From positions 162,643 through 226,642 of the forward strand of contig OZ245943.1 of NCBI GenBank assembly GCA_965230145.1: a stretch of DNA of 64,000 nucleotides, read 5' to 3'. The position numbers were made by a program, and so were the translations under genes. The DNA is from Phototrophicaceae bacterium. Its GTDB lineage: Bacteria > Chloroflexota > Anaerolineae > Aggregatilineales > Phototrophicaceae. The notes beneath the pieces were generated by a model that did no database searches, was not told the DNA's origin, and saw only the letters and a list, made by a program, of their open reading frames with translations. Below are positions 45,593 through 55,354 of this stretch, in pieces; within the stretch, counting starts at the first letter, position 1; every line of letters starts with the position of its first letter.

Positions 45593-48500
45593 ATGGTCAA
45601 CCTCGCTGGGCAAGTCTTAAAATCTTATGAGGTTAAAGAAAGAATTGGCGCAGGGGGATTTGGCGCAGTTTTTCGGGCTATGCAACCGAGCATCGGGCGC
45701 GAAGTTGCCGTAAAGATTATTTTGCCTCAGTATGCGAATCAACCTGAGTTTGTACGCCGTTTTGAGGTTGAGGCGCAACTTGTCGCACGCTTAGAGCATC
45801 CACATATAGTTCCGCTATACGATTATTGGCGTGAGCCTGCTGGTGCATATCTTGTGATGCGCTATCTAAAGGCTGGCTCATTACGAGATTCACTAGAAGA
45901 ACATGGTGCGTGGGATGCAAGACGAGTCGGTAAGATGCTCTCGCAGATTGCCTCAGCACTGGCTTTTGCCCATCTGAATGGTGTTATCCATCGTGATTTG
46001 AAAACAGATAATATCTTATTGGATGAATCAGGGAATGCCTATCTAACCGATTTCGGGATTGCGAAAGACCTTGATATTACCGAAGACCATACCCAAGATG
46101 CGATTTTAGGTACACCTGCTTATCTATCACCAGAGCAAATTCGCGGTGAAACAGCGTCTATTCGGAGCGATATTTATTCGCTGGGTATTTTATTATTTGA
46201 AGCCTTAACTGCCTCAAAGCCATTTTATGATGCAACTCCTGCAACAGTCTTATTCAAGCAACTGAATGACCCACTACCAAGCCTGAGTGAATTTAGCGAT
46301 GATATTCCTGCTGACTTGGACATGGTGTTACAACGAGCGACCTCTAAAGACGCTGATTTACGTTATGACAGTGCCTTAGCTCTTGCGCAAGATTTTGCCA
46401 GTATACTCAGCAATGACCCTAATACATTAGCAGAAACAGATTCCTCAACCTTAGATATTCTGTCAATTAGTCAACATGAAGATGATGTTGTGCAGGCATC
46501 GAATCCTTATAAGGGTTTGCGCGCATTCCAAACAGTTGATGCCAATGATTTTTTCGGGCGTGATGACCTCATTGACCAACTCATCAGCCATCTCTCCTTA
46601 AGTGGCAAACGTAATGATTTCTTGGCTGTCGTGGGTCCCAGTGGGAGCGGTAAATCGAGTGTTGTAAAAGCGGGAATGATACCGCGCATTCAAGCTGGCG
46701 CACTCGACCAAGAAGTGAATTGGTATACCGCAGAGATTGTACCTGGTACACACCCCATGGAAGAATTGGAAGTCGCTCTATTAGCAGTTTCCACGAGCGA
46801 AATTCCTGATTTGTACGACATCTTAACTAAGGATGAACGAGGTTTGGTACGCGCTGTGAAGCGTATCATCCCTGAAAATTCGGAGTTTGTGCTATTCATT
46901 GACCAATTTGAAGAAGCCTTCACGCTCATCACCAACAATGATGAACGCTTACATTTCTTGAACTCGATTATCAATGCGGTAGAAGATGAGCGCAGTCGCA
47001 TCAAAATTATCTTGACCTTACGCGCTGATTTCTATGACCGTCCGCTACTCTATGCGGAATTTGGTAACTTAATCCGTCAGCATACCGAACTCGTTTTACC
47101 TTTGAACGAAGCAGAACTCAAAGCCAGTATTGAAGGTCCTGCTGAACGAGTTGGTGTGAAATTAGAAGCAGGCTTGGTCAACGCAATTATCAATGATGTT
47201 GCTGAACAACCCGGCGCACTGCCCCTTTTACAATATGCGCTCACTGAATTATTCGAGCGACGGCAAGGGCGCACGATGCTCCTCAGTGATTACCAAGATA
47301 TTGGCGGTACAACAGGCGCATTGGCACGTCGAGCAGAGGAACTATACCAGAGTTTTAATGCCGAAGAACAAGCCGCAACACGTCAAATGTTCTTGCGGTT
47401 GGTCACACTTGGTGAAGGTTCTGATGATACACGCCGACGGGTCTTGCAATCTGAATTACTATCATTGAATCGTCAATCTAATGCGATGCCAAAAATTATT
47501 CAGCAATTTGGTAAATTCCGCTTGCTGACCTTTGACCATGACCCACAGACACGTAGTTCCACAATTGAGGTCGCTCATGAAGCACTGATTCGCCAATGGG
47601 AGCGTGTACGGGCTTGGTTAGATGAAAATCGTGAAGCCTTAAGGATGCACCGTCGACTAACCTCAGCTACTGAAGAATGGAATCAGACACGGCGTGATGC
47701 GAGTTTCCTTGCCCGTGGGATTCGTCTGCAACAATTTGAGGCACTAGCAAACGATAGTGATATTGCGCTCAATGAAGTCGAAACGACTTTCTTGACTATG
47801 AGTGTTGAGGCACGCGAAGAACGCGAACGCTTGGAAGTAGAACGTCAGGAACGAGAAGAAGCCTTAGAAGAACGCGCTCGCCAACGCTTGCAATTATTAG
47901 CCTCAGTGATGGCTGTGGCAGCTGTTATCGCGATTGGCTTATCTATTTTTGCTTTCAATGCTCAGCAACGTGCCGAAGAACAGGCAAATATCGCAGAAAA
48001 TAATGCGTCAACAGCGACAGTGGCACAGGGTTTAGCTGTAAATAGTGCTAATTCGGCGGCGACATCGGCGGCAGAAGCTCTTGAAAATGAAGCTGAAGCA
48101 CGCGCCTTAGCTTTAGCAGCAAATGCACGTAATGCTTCCAGTCTTGGCGACCCACAACTCGCGCTGGTGCTGGCGTTAGAAGCTGAACAAGCTTTCTCAC
48201 CTCCCCCAGTCGATATTTTACGGACATTATCGACGATTACTTATGCACCAGGACCGACTGCTCGCTATGAAAATCATGCTGGTTCAGTAACCAGTGTTGA
48301 GTTCAGTGATGATAGCCAGTACATAATTTCATCATCTGTCGATGGTTCAGTTCGTGTCATCAATAATCAAACTAAAGAAGAAGTCTTGGTTGTGACGATT
48401 GATGATGGTTGGTTATACGACGCGGCAATCCATCCTGATAACACAACGATTGCGGCGGCGGCATCTGACGGTAATGTATATGTATGGTCATTCCCTGTTG

Positions 48501-50272
48501 GGAATTTGCTCTATACTTTAACAGGACATAGAGATGAGGTAATGACAGTTGATTATAGTCCCGATGGTCGCTTCATCGCTTCAGGTGGTGCTGACCATGA
48601 CATTATTTTGTGGTCATTATCAGACCGTGCGATGGTGCGTACTCTGAGTGGGCATGAAGGGGTTGTCCTCAATGTCGTATTTGGTCCTGATGGCTCGCGC
48701 ATTGCTTCTTCATCTGCCGACGAAACGCTGGGTGATGTTGGTGACGATGCAGTTGATAGAACAGTTCGTATTTGGGATGCTAATACAGCGGAAGAACTCA
48801 TCGTGATTAATCCTGAAAGTGGTTTTGTCCGTGCACTCGATTTTAGCCCAACAGGTGATACGATTAGCTATGGTGTGTGGGATAGTGCAAGTAGTGGTAC
48901 AGTGCGTGTGCATGATGCCTTCACAGGTGATGAAATCCAACGCTTTATCGCCCATACTACCCCGATAACTGCCGTTGCTTATAGTGCAGATGGGAGCAAA
49001 GTCGCCTCAGTTGCATGGGATAGAACGGTACGCATATGGGATTTGAAGCTGGGTATAGAAGCAGATTCTTTTGTTGGTTTTGGCGACCGTGTGCTATCTA
49101 TGGCGTACAGCCTCGACGGGCAATCATTGGCTTTAGGGATTGGTAACATCGGTAACAATATTTATTCAGGCGAAGATGGCGCGGCAGACCAGAGCATCTG
49201 GATTTGGGATGTCAACAATCGTGACCAAATCGAAGCATTTACAGGGCATTCTGATTGGCTATGGACAATTGATTTAAGCCCTGATGGTCAGCTAGCAGCA
49301 ACAGGTGGGGGTCCATTACGTTTGCCTGATAATGTTGATAGTGATGAAGCTGTACGCGATAGATTATTGGCTTCTACCACTGTCCTAGTATGGGATGTGG
49401 CTACTCAAGAGATTGTAGCGACATTGCCAGCCCATGAAAACACAGTCGATAATGTACGCTTCCATCCAGATGGTACACGCCTGCTTACATCGTCATGGGA
49501 TTCACACATTATTCTCTGGGATTTTGCCACTGAAACAGAAATTCGCCGCTATGATGCTCATACAGACCGTGTCTATATGCTTCGGTTCTTGGCAGATGGC
49601 TCACAATTTGTCTCTGTTAGCAAAGATGGTCGGGCGATTTTGTGGGATACGGAATCAGGCGAGATAATCCGTGAATTTGAGCATAACATCGCTGTCAACG
49701 GAGTCGATTTCAATAGTGATGAGTCGCTCATGGCAACATCAAGCGGTGATTTTGGTGCAGATACAAACCTAATTTGGTTATGGAATATCGAAACAGGTGA
49801 ACTCATCCGTACTTTTGAGGGTCACGGGCATATCGTCAATGAAGTCCGCTTCCACCCATCTGACGAGTTTCTTGTATCATCATCATGGGATGCGAGTATC
49901 CGCGTATGGAACGTTGAAAGCGGGCGAGAAGTTCGCCAATTTAGTGGGCATTCCAGCGAAACATTTGGTATTGATTTCAGTGAAGATGGTCAAATTATGT
50001 TGACAACATCCTCTGATACCACAGTCCGCATGTGGGATTGGGCATCTGGCGAGGAATTGCAACTCTTCAATGAGCATAATGACTGGGTACAAGAAGTTAT
50101 TTTCGCGCCAGATGACAGTTTTGCTATCAGCGCAGGGCAAGACCCCGCCGCTAGAATTTGGCGAATTAACCGTGATGCTCAATCATTAGGAACATTCGCA
50201 CAGGACAATCGTTATATCCGTGAGTTGACTTGTAGCGAACGCGATGTTTACCGATTAGAGCCGTGTGATTAA
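45593..50272 (+). CDS. Ser/Thr protein kinase - P-loop (STAND-like) NTPase - hydrophobic segment - WD40 repeat protein
   Basis: Hanks kinase motifs (GAGGFGAVF, VAVKI, HRDLKTDNILL, DFGIA, PAYLSPEQ). P-loop VVGPSGSGKSS and Walker B VLFIDQFEE. Hydrophobic stretch LLASVMAVAAVIAIGLSIFAF. At least 12 WD40-like blades (..GH...V..V.FSPDG..IAS.S.D.T.R.WD). Confidence 0.85.
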   Translation: MVNLAGQVLKSYEVKERIGAGGFGAVFRAMQPSIGREVAVKIILPQYANQPEFVRRFEVEAQLVARLEHPHIVPLYDYWREPAGAYLVMRYLKAGSLRDSLEEHGAWDARRVGKMLSQIASALAFAHLNGVIHRDLKTDNILLDESGNAYLTDFGIAKDLDITEDHTQDAILGTPAYLSPEQIRGETASIRSDIYSLGILLFEALTASKPFYDATPATVLFKQLNDPLPSLSEFSDDIPADLDMVLQRATSKDADLRYDSALALAQDFASILSNDPNTLAETDSSTLDILSISQHEDDVVQASNPYKGLRAFQTVDANDFFGRDDLIDQLISHLSLSGKRNDFLAVVGPSGSGKSSVVKAGMIPRIQAGALDQEVNWYTAEIVPGTHPMEELEVALLAVSTSEIPDLYDILTKDERGLVRAVKRIIPENSEFVLFIDQFEEAFTLITNNDERLHFLNSIINAVEDERSRIKIILTLRADFYDRPLLYAEFGNLIRQHTELVLPLNEAELKASIEGPAERVGVKLEAGLVNAIINDVAEQPGALPLLQYALTELFERRQGRTMLLSDYQDIGGTTGALARRAEELYQSFNAEEQAATRQMFLRLVTLGEGSDDTRRRVLQSELLSLNRQSNAMPKIIQQFGKFRLLTFDHDPQTRSSTIEVAHEALIRQWERVRAWLDENREALRMHRRLTSATEEWNQTRRDASFLARGIRLQQFEALANDSDIALNEVETTFLTMSVEAREERERLEVERQEREEALEERARQRLQLLASVMAVAAVIAIGLSIFAFNAQQRAEEQANIAENNASTATVAQGLAVNSANSAATSAAEALENEAEARALALAANARNASSLGDPQLALVLALEAEQAFSPPPVDILRTLSTITYAPGPTARYENHAGSVTSVEFSDDSQYIISSSVDGSVRVINNQTKEEVLVVTIDDGWLYDAAIHPDNTTIAAAASDGNVYVWSFPVGNLLYTLTGHRDEVMTVDYSPDGRFIASGGADHDIILWSLSDRAMVRTLSGHEGVVLNVVFGPDGSRIASSSADETLGDVGDDAVDRTVRIWDANTAEELIVINPESGFVRALDFSPTGDTISYGVWDSASSGTVRVHDAFTGDEIQRFIAHTTPITAVAYSADGSKVASVAWDRTVRIWDLKLGIEADSFVGFGDRVLSMAYSLDGQSLALGIGNIGNNIYSGEDGAADQSIWIWDVNNRDQIEAFTGHSDWLWTIDLSPDGQLAATGGGPLRLPDNVDSDEAVRDRLLASTTVLVWDVATQEIVATLPAHENTVDNVRFHPDGTRLLTSSWDSHIILWDFATETEIRRYDAHTDRVYMLRFLADGSQFVSVSKDGRAILWDTESGEIIREFEHNIAVNGVDFNSDESLMATSSGDFGADTNLIWLWNIETGELIRTFEGHGHIVNEVRFHPSDEFLVSSSWDASIRVWNVESGREVRQFSGHSSETFGIDFSEDGQIMLTTSSDTTVRMWDWASGEELQLFNEHNDWVQEVIFAPDDSFAISAGQDPAARIWRINRDAQSLGTFAQDNRYIRELTCSERDVYRLEPCD

Positions 50273-50290
50273 AATACAAAACCCAATATA

Positions 50291-50321
50291 AACTCCCACA
50301 AAATTTGGGAGTTTTTGATTT
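50291..50321 (+). terminator. Rho-independent terminator after the kinase/WD40 gene
   Basis: ACTCCCA-caaaatt-TGGGAGT followed by TTTTGATTT. Confidence 0.75.
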
Positions 50322-50347
50322 GCCACAACCTGACCTTTGCCTATAAA

Positions 50348-50869
50348 ATGAAGTCCATGAAACCATTAACGCCGATTGTACAACGTCCGCAAGACCTGAT
50401 ACTCGCTCTCGTGACAGATGATAGCTTACCTGCTAGCCAAATTTTAGCAGAGCGTACCGTACAAATAGATGATTGGCGCATCAGATTTGCTATTATTGGC
50501 GAAAGTCATCGGGTCAAGGTTGAGCATCGAGGACGATTCATCATGGAAGAGATGCTCGCGTGTACTGAGATTTCTACCCAAACCTGCCAACATCATCATC
50601 AATTTTCCGATTTACAAGCGCATCATCATCAGGAGAAAAATTATTCTGTCGCTATAGAGATGTGTTCGCAAGCCGATTTATGGAATGAACAATCCGATGA
50701 ACTGGTGTTTAATTTCCCGAAAATCAATGGCATAGAACCTGTGACGAAGCTACAATGGCAAGTATTAGAGACATCGATTCAATGGCGCAGTCTACATACT
50801 TATATTCATGCAGGCGCGTTATTGTGTATTTATTCGCAATCAAAATTTGCTTTACAAGCTGAGGAGTAG
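50348..50869 (+). CDS. Hypothetical protein with a His-rich patch
   Basis: ORF taken from the ATG at 50348, because the TTG at 50315 lies inside the terminator. It contains QHHHQFSDLQAHHHQ. I recognised no family. Confidence 0.45.
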   Translation: MKSMKPLTPIVQRPQDLILALVTDDSLPASQILAERTVQIDDWRIRFAIIGESHRVKVEHRGRFIMEEMLACTEISTQTCQHHHQFSDLQAHHHQEKNYSVAIEMCSQADLWNEQSDELVFNFPKINGIEPVTKLQWQVLETSIQWRSLHTYIHAGALLCIYSQSKFALQAEE

Positions 50870-50872
50870 TCA

Positions 50873-51355
50873 ATGTCTACAGCTGTTTTAGTTGTTGTGG
50901 GTGCAATCGGTTGGACGATTGCAGCGACTGTTATTTCACAAATTGTTAGTATTTCTATTATGTCATGGTTGGGCTTACCACCCAAAAAGCTCATTCATGA
51001 GATTGAGGAAATTCAAAATCCTGCGGTTGGCGCGTGTTTCTTCATCATTTCGCTAGCTGTCGGGCTTTTTATCGGCGCGTTCACCAGTGATGGCTTTTCA
51101 GCTAATGACCCTACCTATGTAGACCCCGGTTACTTAGGCAATACCGCTTGGATTGTGTTGGGACTGGTTTTAGGGGCTGTCCTCACATGGATTAGCTTTG
51201 AAATTGCTCATCGGGCAATGGGGGTCGAAAATGATGAAACAACCTATCGTTATATCCAACGTGAACTGATTCAAGAGCAAAATGCCTCGCTTGCATTTTT
51301 CCTCGGTGGTTTATCGATTGTGCCGTTCATTGCGGTCATTTTCCAGATGATTTAG
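50873..51355 (+). CDS. DUF350-like small membrane protein
   Basis: Four hydrophobic helices arranged as two repeats, each preceded by an E-x-I/L-x-x-x-N-x-A motif (EIEEIQNPAVGA, RELIQEQNASLAF). It starts 4 nt after the previous stop. Confidence 0.6.
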   Translation: MSTAVLVVVGAIGWTIAATVISQIVSISIMSWLGLPPKKLIHEIEEIQNPAVGACFFIISLAVGLFIGAFTSDGFSANDPTYVDPGYLGNTAWIVLGLVLGAVLTWISFEIAHRAMGVENDETTYRYIQRELIQEQNASLAFFLGGLSIVPFIAVIFQMI

Positions 51356-51370
51356 GCTCTCTTTAAGCAT

Positions 51371-52084
51371 ATGCAATATCAATATGCTATAGAGAAACAA
51401 AACTACGAAGATTTTGCGGCTGGACGGGTCATCATCTCTAAAGGTGGAATGACTTCGTTTCCAGTACGGTTAGCCAGTGAGATTTTCCAGCGATGTGTCA
51501 GCTATTTCCCATCTAATAAGCGGTTGCGCGTCTATGACCCCTGTTGTGGGGGTGGATATTTGGCAACCGTTTTAGGATTTTTGCATCATCAACACATAAA
51601 ATCCCTCTACTGTTCAGACATTAATTCAGAAGTATTGAGTCTGGCATCAGCAAATTTAGGATTACTGACACTTGAGGGCTTAAATTCACGCGCAATGACT
51701 TTACAACAACTTGTAGATGCCTACCACAAACCCTCACATCATGATGCTTTAGATAGTCTCAATCGTTTAAAAAATCGTTTGCCTGACTTAGACTTTTCAT
51801 CTTCTGCATGGGTTGCCGATGCCTTAGAACAAACTCTACTACCTCAATCAGTAGACCTCATTATGTGCGATGTACCTTATGGAGACATGACACAGTGGCA
51901 AAGTCAGCATGGCGATAAACTTATCTCTCATCTACTAAAGTCGCAATATCCTGTATTAGTGGATAACGGTGTCGTAGCAATTATTAGTGACAAGAAACAA
52001 CGCACAAGTTATACGAATTATGTGCGTCTACAAGAGAATACAATCGGCAAACGGCGTATTCTCATTCTGCAAAAAGTTGCTTGA
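51371..52084 (+). CDS. SAM-dependent methyltransferase (DPxCGxG / DxPYG type, RNA or DNA N-methylase-like)
   Basis: Motif I VYDPCCGGGY and motif IV IMCDVPYG, as in UPF0020/N2-guanine or N6-adenine methylases. Confidence 0.65.
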   Translation: MQYQYAIEKQNYEDFAAGRVIISKGGMTSFPVRLASEIFQRCVSYFPSNKRLRVYDPCCGGGYLATVLGFLHHQHIKSLYCSDINSEVLSLASANLGLLTLEGLNSRAMTLQQLVDAYHKPSHHDALDSLNRLKNRLPDLDFSSSAWVADALEQTLLPQSVDLIMCDVPYGDMTQWQSQHGDKLISHLLKSQYPVLVDNGVVAIISDKKQRTSYTNYVRLQENTIGKRRILILQKVA

Positions 52085-52086
52085 TG

Positions 52087-53265
52087 TCACTCCGAAATAC
52101 GGATAAATCGCCATGTTGCCACGAGTGCAATGATATTGAAAACAATCGCGGCAAGCGCATTTCCGAGTAAATCCCAAGTGAACAGAGTGGTCGCTATCGG
52201 GGTTGCGATGGTGCGCCCAAGGCTAATTGAAGCAGCATATACGGTCATATACATACCGCGTGCCGTCGGGCTTAGTTCAGACGCAAGCGGTAATGAGGCA
52301 ACTAAAGCAGTCTCGAATGTGAGATAGAAGAAGAATAAACCGAGTAAGGCAGTCGTCAGTGTAATGGCTGTAAACGGTAATATAAGACACGCTAGTATAT
52401 TGCCGATAATCGAAATGATGATGAGCCGACGTTTGCCAAAACGGTCTGAGATGAAGGTGACAATCCCCTCCCCACTCAGCTCTGATAGACCTACCACAAG
52501 TGAGGCTGCGGCTAAAGCAGTCAATTGAATGCCGAATGAATTTTCAATCCACGCGCCAAAAACAACGGTAATTAATTGGTTCGCACCACTGATACCAAAG
52601 CCCAGTGCTAAACCTGCCACGGCAATCCGACTCTGCAAAGATTGTCTTACAACGCGCAGAAAGGGGGCACGTTTCGATTTTTCTGGTCGGTCTGATTCAA
52701 CCATGATGAAAGTCAAAATGAACATGATGCCTGTCAATATGGCGAGTACAGCAAAGGGAGCTTGCCAATTAGATTGCGCTATGAGCCATGTCATGATAGG
52801 TACACCAACAATAAACGCCCCAGCCCAACCAAACTCCAATATGCCCATGAACAAGCCTCGTTTTTGATAAGGAACTCGGTCACCAATATAGGCTTGGAGT
52901 GCAGGGTCAAAAGCTACTTTGCCAAGTGCGGCGATAATGAGTGCGGCAGATAACCCTATGAAATTCGGCGAGATAAAGACCATGCCCATGCCCACAATAT
53001 ACATGCCCAAACCTAAAAGCATGGTAAAGCGTCGCCCTTGTTGCTCAGAGACTTGACCAAGGAAGGGTGCACTCAAGCTCAATAATTGCAAGAGCGTAAG
53101 GACGATTCCAAAGGTCGCAATATCAACATCGACCCCACGCGCAAAGACAGGCAATAATGGGTATACCATACGAAAACCCGTATTTATGACGGTACGGGTT
53201 GTCGTTAGCATTGTGATTTGTTGATACAGTGTTGATTTAATCTGCTTTGAAGGCATGTTTGACAT
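52087..53265 (-). CDS. MFS transporter
   Basis: 12 predicted TM helices and a GQVSEQQGRR-type loop 2-3 motif. The start overlaps the upstream antiporter stop (TAATG). Confidence 0.8.
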   Translation of the reverse strand: MSNMPSKQIKSTLYQQITMLTTTRTVINTGFRMVYPLLPVFARGVDVDIATFGIVLTLLQLLSLSAPFLGQVSEQQGRRFTMLLGLGMYIVGMGMVFISPNFIGLSAALIIAALGKVAFDPALQAYIGDRVPYQKRGLFMGILEFGWAGAFIVGVPIMTWLIAQSNWQAPFAVLAILTGIMFILTFIMVESDRPEKSKRAPFLRVVRQSLQSRIAVAGLALGFGISGANQLITVVFGAWIENSFGIQLTALAAASLVVGLSELSGEGIVTFISDRFGKRRLIIISIIGNILACLILPFTAITLTTALLGLFFFYLTFETALVASLPLASELSPTARGMYMTVYAASISLGRTIATPIATTLFTWDLLGNALAAIVFNIIALVATWRFIRISE

Positions 53266-55121
53266 TATGTCTCTTGTTCTACAGGCGCTTTATTCAACTT
53301 ACTTATCGCACCTGATTCCAATAGCTCATCATAATATTCAGGTTCGATGAACGCAATTAATTCACTTCCATGGCGCAAGGTCGGCGCATCTACTTCTGTC
53401 CAGACGAGCAAGGTATCTTTGTTAGGTATTACAAATAAAGGCAGAATGGCATTAGGGATTGCATTTTGTACTGCCTGAGCATCCTCAACGCGAATGGTCA
53501 TGATTTGTGCGCCCTGCTGGTAGCGGTTATAGATGGTTTCATAAGTTGTTTTGGTTGGGAACAAGGTTCGTCCACCTAGATGAGTGGAAATTCCTTCACG
53601 CTCTTCTATTTCGCGACGTTGTAGTTCAAAAACATTTTCGATTCCAAAGGTATTTTGATAATGTTCGTTGGATAAGGCGTTGACTTCTGAATTAGGGGTT
53701 AAGGCTAAGAGACGACCAATACCACCGAAATTAATTTCGTCTTGGGCGACTTCGGACAGGATATTGCCATGATAAATTTCAATGTCCGCTTTTTGGGCGA
53801 GGTCAACATGATTTTGGTTGGTATCTGATAGAATGACACGATAGCCTGCATCTTTCACTTGTTGTGCCATGTCACGTATCCATGCGCTACCACCGACAAC
53901 CAATAAGCCTTGTGGGTTTTTCTCAGATAAGCCTAATCGTATCGCAACAATCCCTGATGTAAGACTATAGAATGCTACCGTGCCGATAATTACAGCGAAG
54001 GTAACAGGTAGCAACACATTTGCTCCTTCTACCCCTCTATCGGCTAGTTCAATTGCAAAAATAGATGCAACTGAAGCAGCAACAATCCCACGCGGAGCCA
54101 TCCAGCCAATAAATATTCTTTCACGCCAATTGAGGTCACTACCAATAGTTGATAGCCATGCCGCAAAAGGTCGCTCAATAAAGATGATAATCACAACGAA
54201 CCAGAAGGTTGGTAAACCTAACTGAAGCAAATCATCAGGTTGCATCCGTGCCGATAAAAGGATGAACAACGATGACAAGAGTAATATTTGTAGCTCTTCT
54301 TTAAATTCAACAATATGGCTAATATCAAAGCGACGTTGATTCGCCATAGCAATCCCCATTACCGTAACAGTCAGAAGACCTGATTCGGGCTGGATGGAAT
54401 TCGAGAATGCAAAAGCCGCCAGTACAAAGCCCAATGTTACTGGATTTTGGAGTGAGTCAGGCACCCAATAGCGACGGTAAATCTCAACCATTGCTTGTGC
54501 GGCTATCCAGCCAATACCTAAGCCAACAGCTATCGTAACGAATAATGCCCACGCTAAAGCAAACCATTGTGGTCCTGCAATAATCTCTTCAAAAACAAGG
54601 ACAGCCAATATCGCGCCAACGGGGTCAATGACAATGCCCTCCCAACGCAAAATAGACCCCACTCGTCCCTGTGGTCGGATTTGTTTAAGCAAAGGAATAA
54701 TGACAGTAGGTCCTGTCACCACTAGAGTCGCACCCAGTAAAAGCGACATCTCCCAACCTAGCCCAAGCAAGTAATGGGCAGCTACCCCACTAATAACCCA
54801 AGTTACACCGACACCGACGCTGACTAGGCGACTCACAACCCCACCTGTGCCTTCTAAGTCTCGAAAGCGTAAGCTGAGTCCGCCTTCAAACAAGATGACA
54901 CCAACTGATGCCGATACAACAGGAAATAAGAGTTCACCCAAGAAATGTTCTACATCTAAGAATGCTGTTCCATCATTAAGCAACGCGGATATAGGACCAA
55001 CAATTAGACCGAATATCAGTAAGAATATAATGGACGGTTGCTTTAATCGCCACGCAACCCATTGCGCGAACATACCTAAGCCAAGGACAAGTGCAATATT
55101 CACTAAGAGGTCGTTATGCAC
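53265..55121 (-). CDS. Cation:proton antiporter (Na_H_exchanger family) with a C-terminal RCK/TrkA-N-like domain
   Basis: Membrane domain of ~400 aa, then LLVVGGSAWIRDMAQQVKDAGYRVILSD (Rossmann GxGxxG-like) and a further soluble domain. Confidence 0.8.
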   Translation of the reverse strand: MHNDLLVNIALVLGLGMFAQWVAWRLKQPSIIFLLIFGLIVGPISALLNDGTAFLDVEHFLGELLFPVVSASVGVILFEGGLSLRFRDLEGTGGVVSRLVSVGVGVTWVISGVAAHYLLGLGWEMSLLLGATLVVTGPTVIIPLLKQIRPQGRVGSILRWEGIVIDPVGAILAVLVFEEIIAGPQWFALAWALFVTIAVGLGIGWIAAQAMVEIYRRYWVPDSLQNPVTLGFVLAAFAFSNSIQPESGLLTVTVMGIAMANQRRFDISHIVEFKEELQILLLSSLFILLSARMQPDDLLQLGLPTFWFVVIIIFIERPFAAWLSTIGSDLNWRERIFIGWMAPRGIVAASVASIFAIELADRGVEGANVLLPVTFAVIIGTVAFYSLTSGIVAIRLGLSEKNPQGLLVVGGSAWIRDMAQQVKDAGYRVILSDTNQNHVDLAQKADIEIYHGNILSEVAQDEINFGGIGRLLALTPNSEVNALSNEHYQNTFGIENVFELQRREIEEREGISTHLGGRTLFPTKTTYETIYNRYQQGAQIMTIRVEDAQAVQNAIPNAILPLFVIPNKDTLLVWTEVDAPTLRHGSELIAFIEPEYYDELLESGAISKLNKAPVEQET

Positions 55122-55354
55122 GCCTCATCTCCTTCAATTTGTATTGCTTGTGAGTGATAATAATGCCAAAGTTTAGCTAAAATGCCAAAGAATTGGATAT
55201 ACGTTGACAAAGATAACATAGCATTATTAGTAGACCTAAAGAATTTCAGGCTTACGGACAATGAATATAATAAGGGAAACTCATCTTATGAATTAGATAT
55301 ACCTTGGTACGATGCTTTTTAACCTGAGTTTTTCATTTGAGATTGGATAGATAG

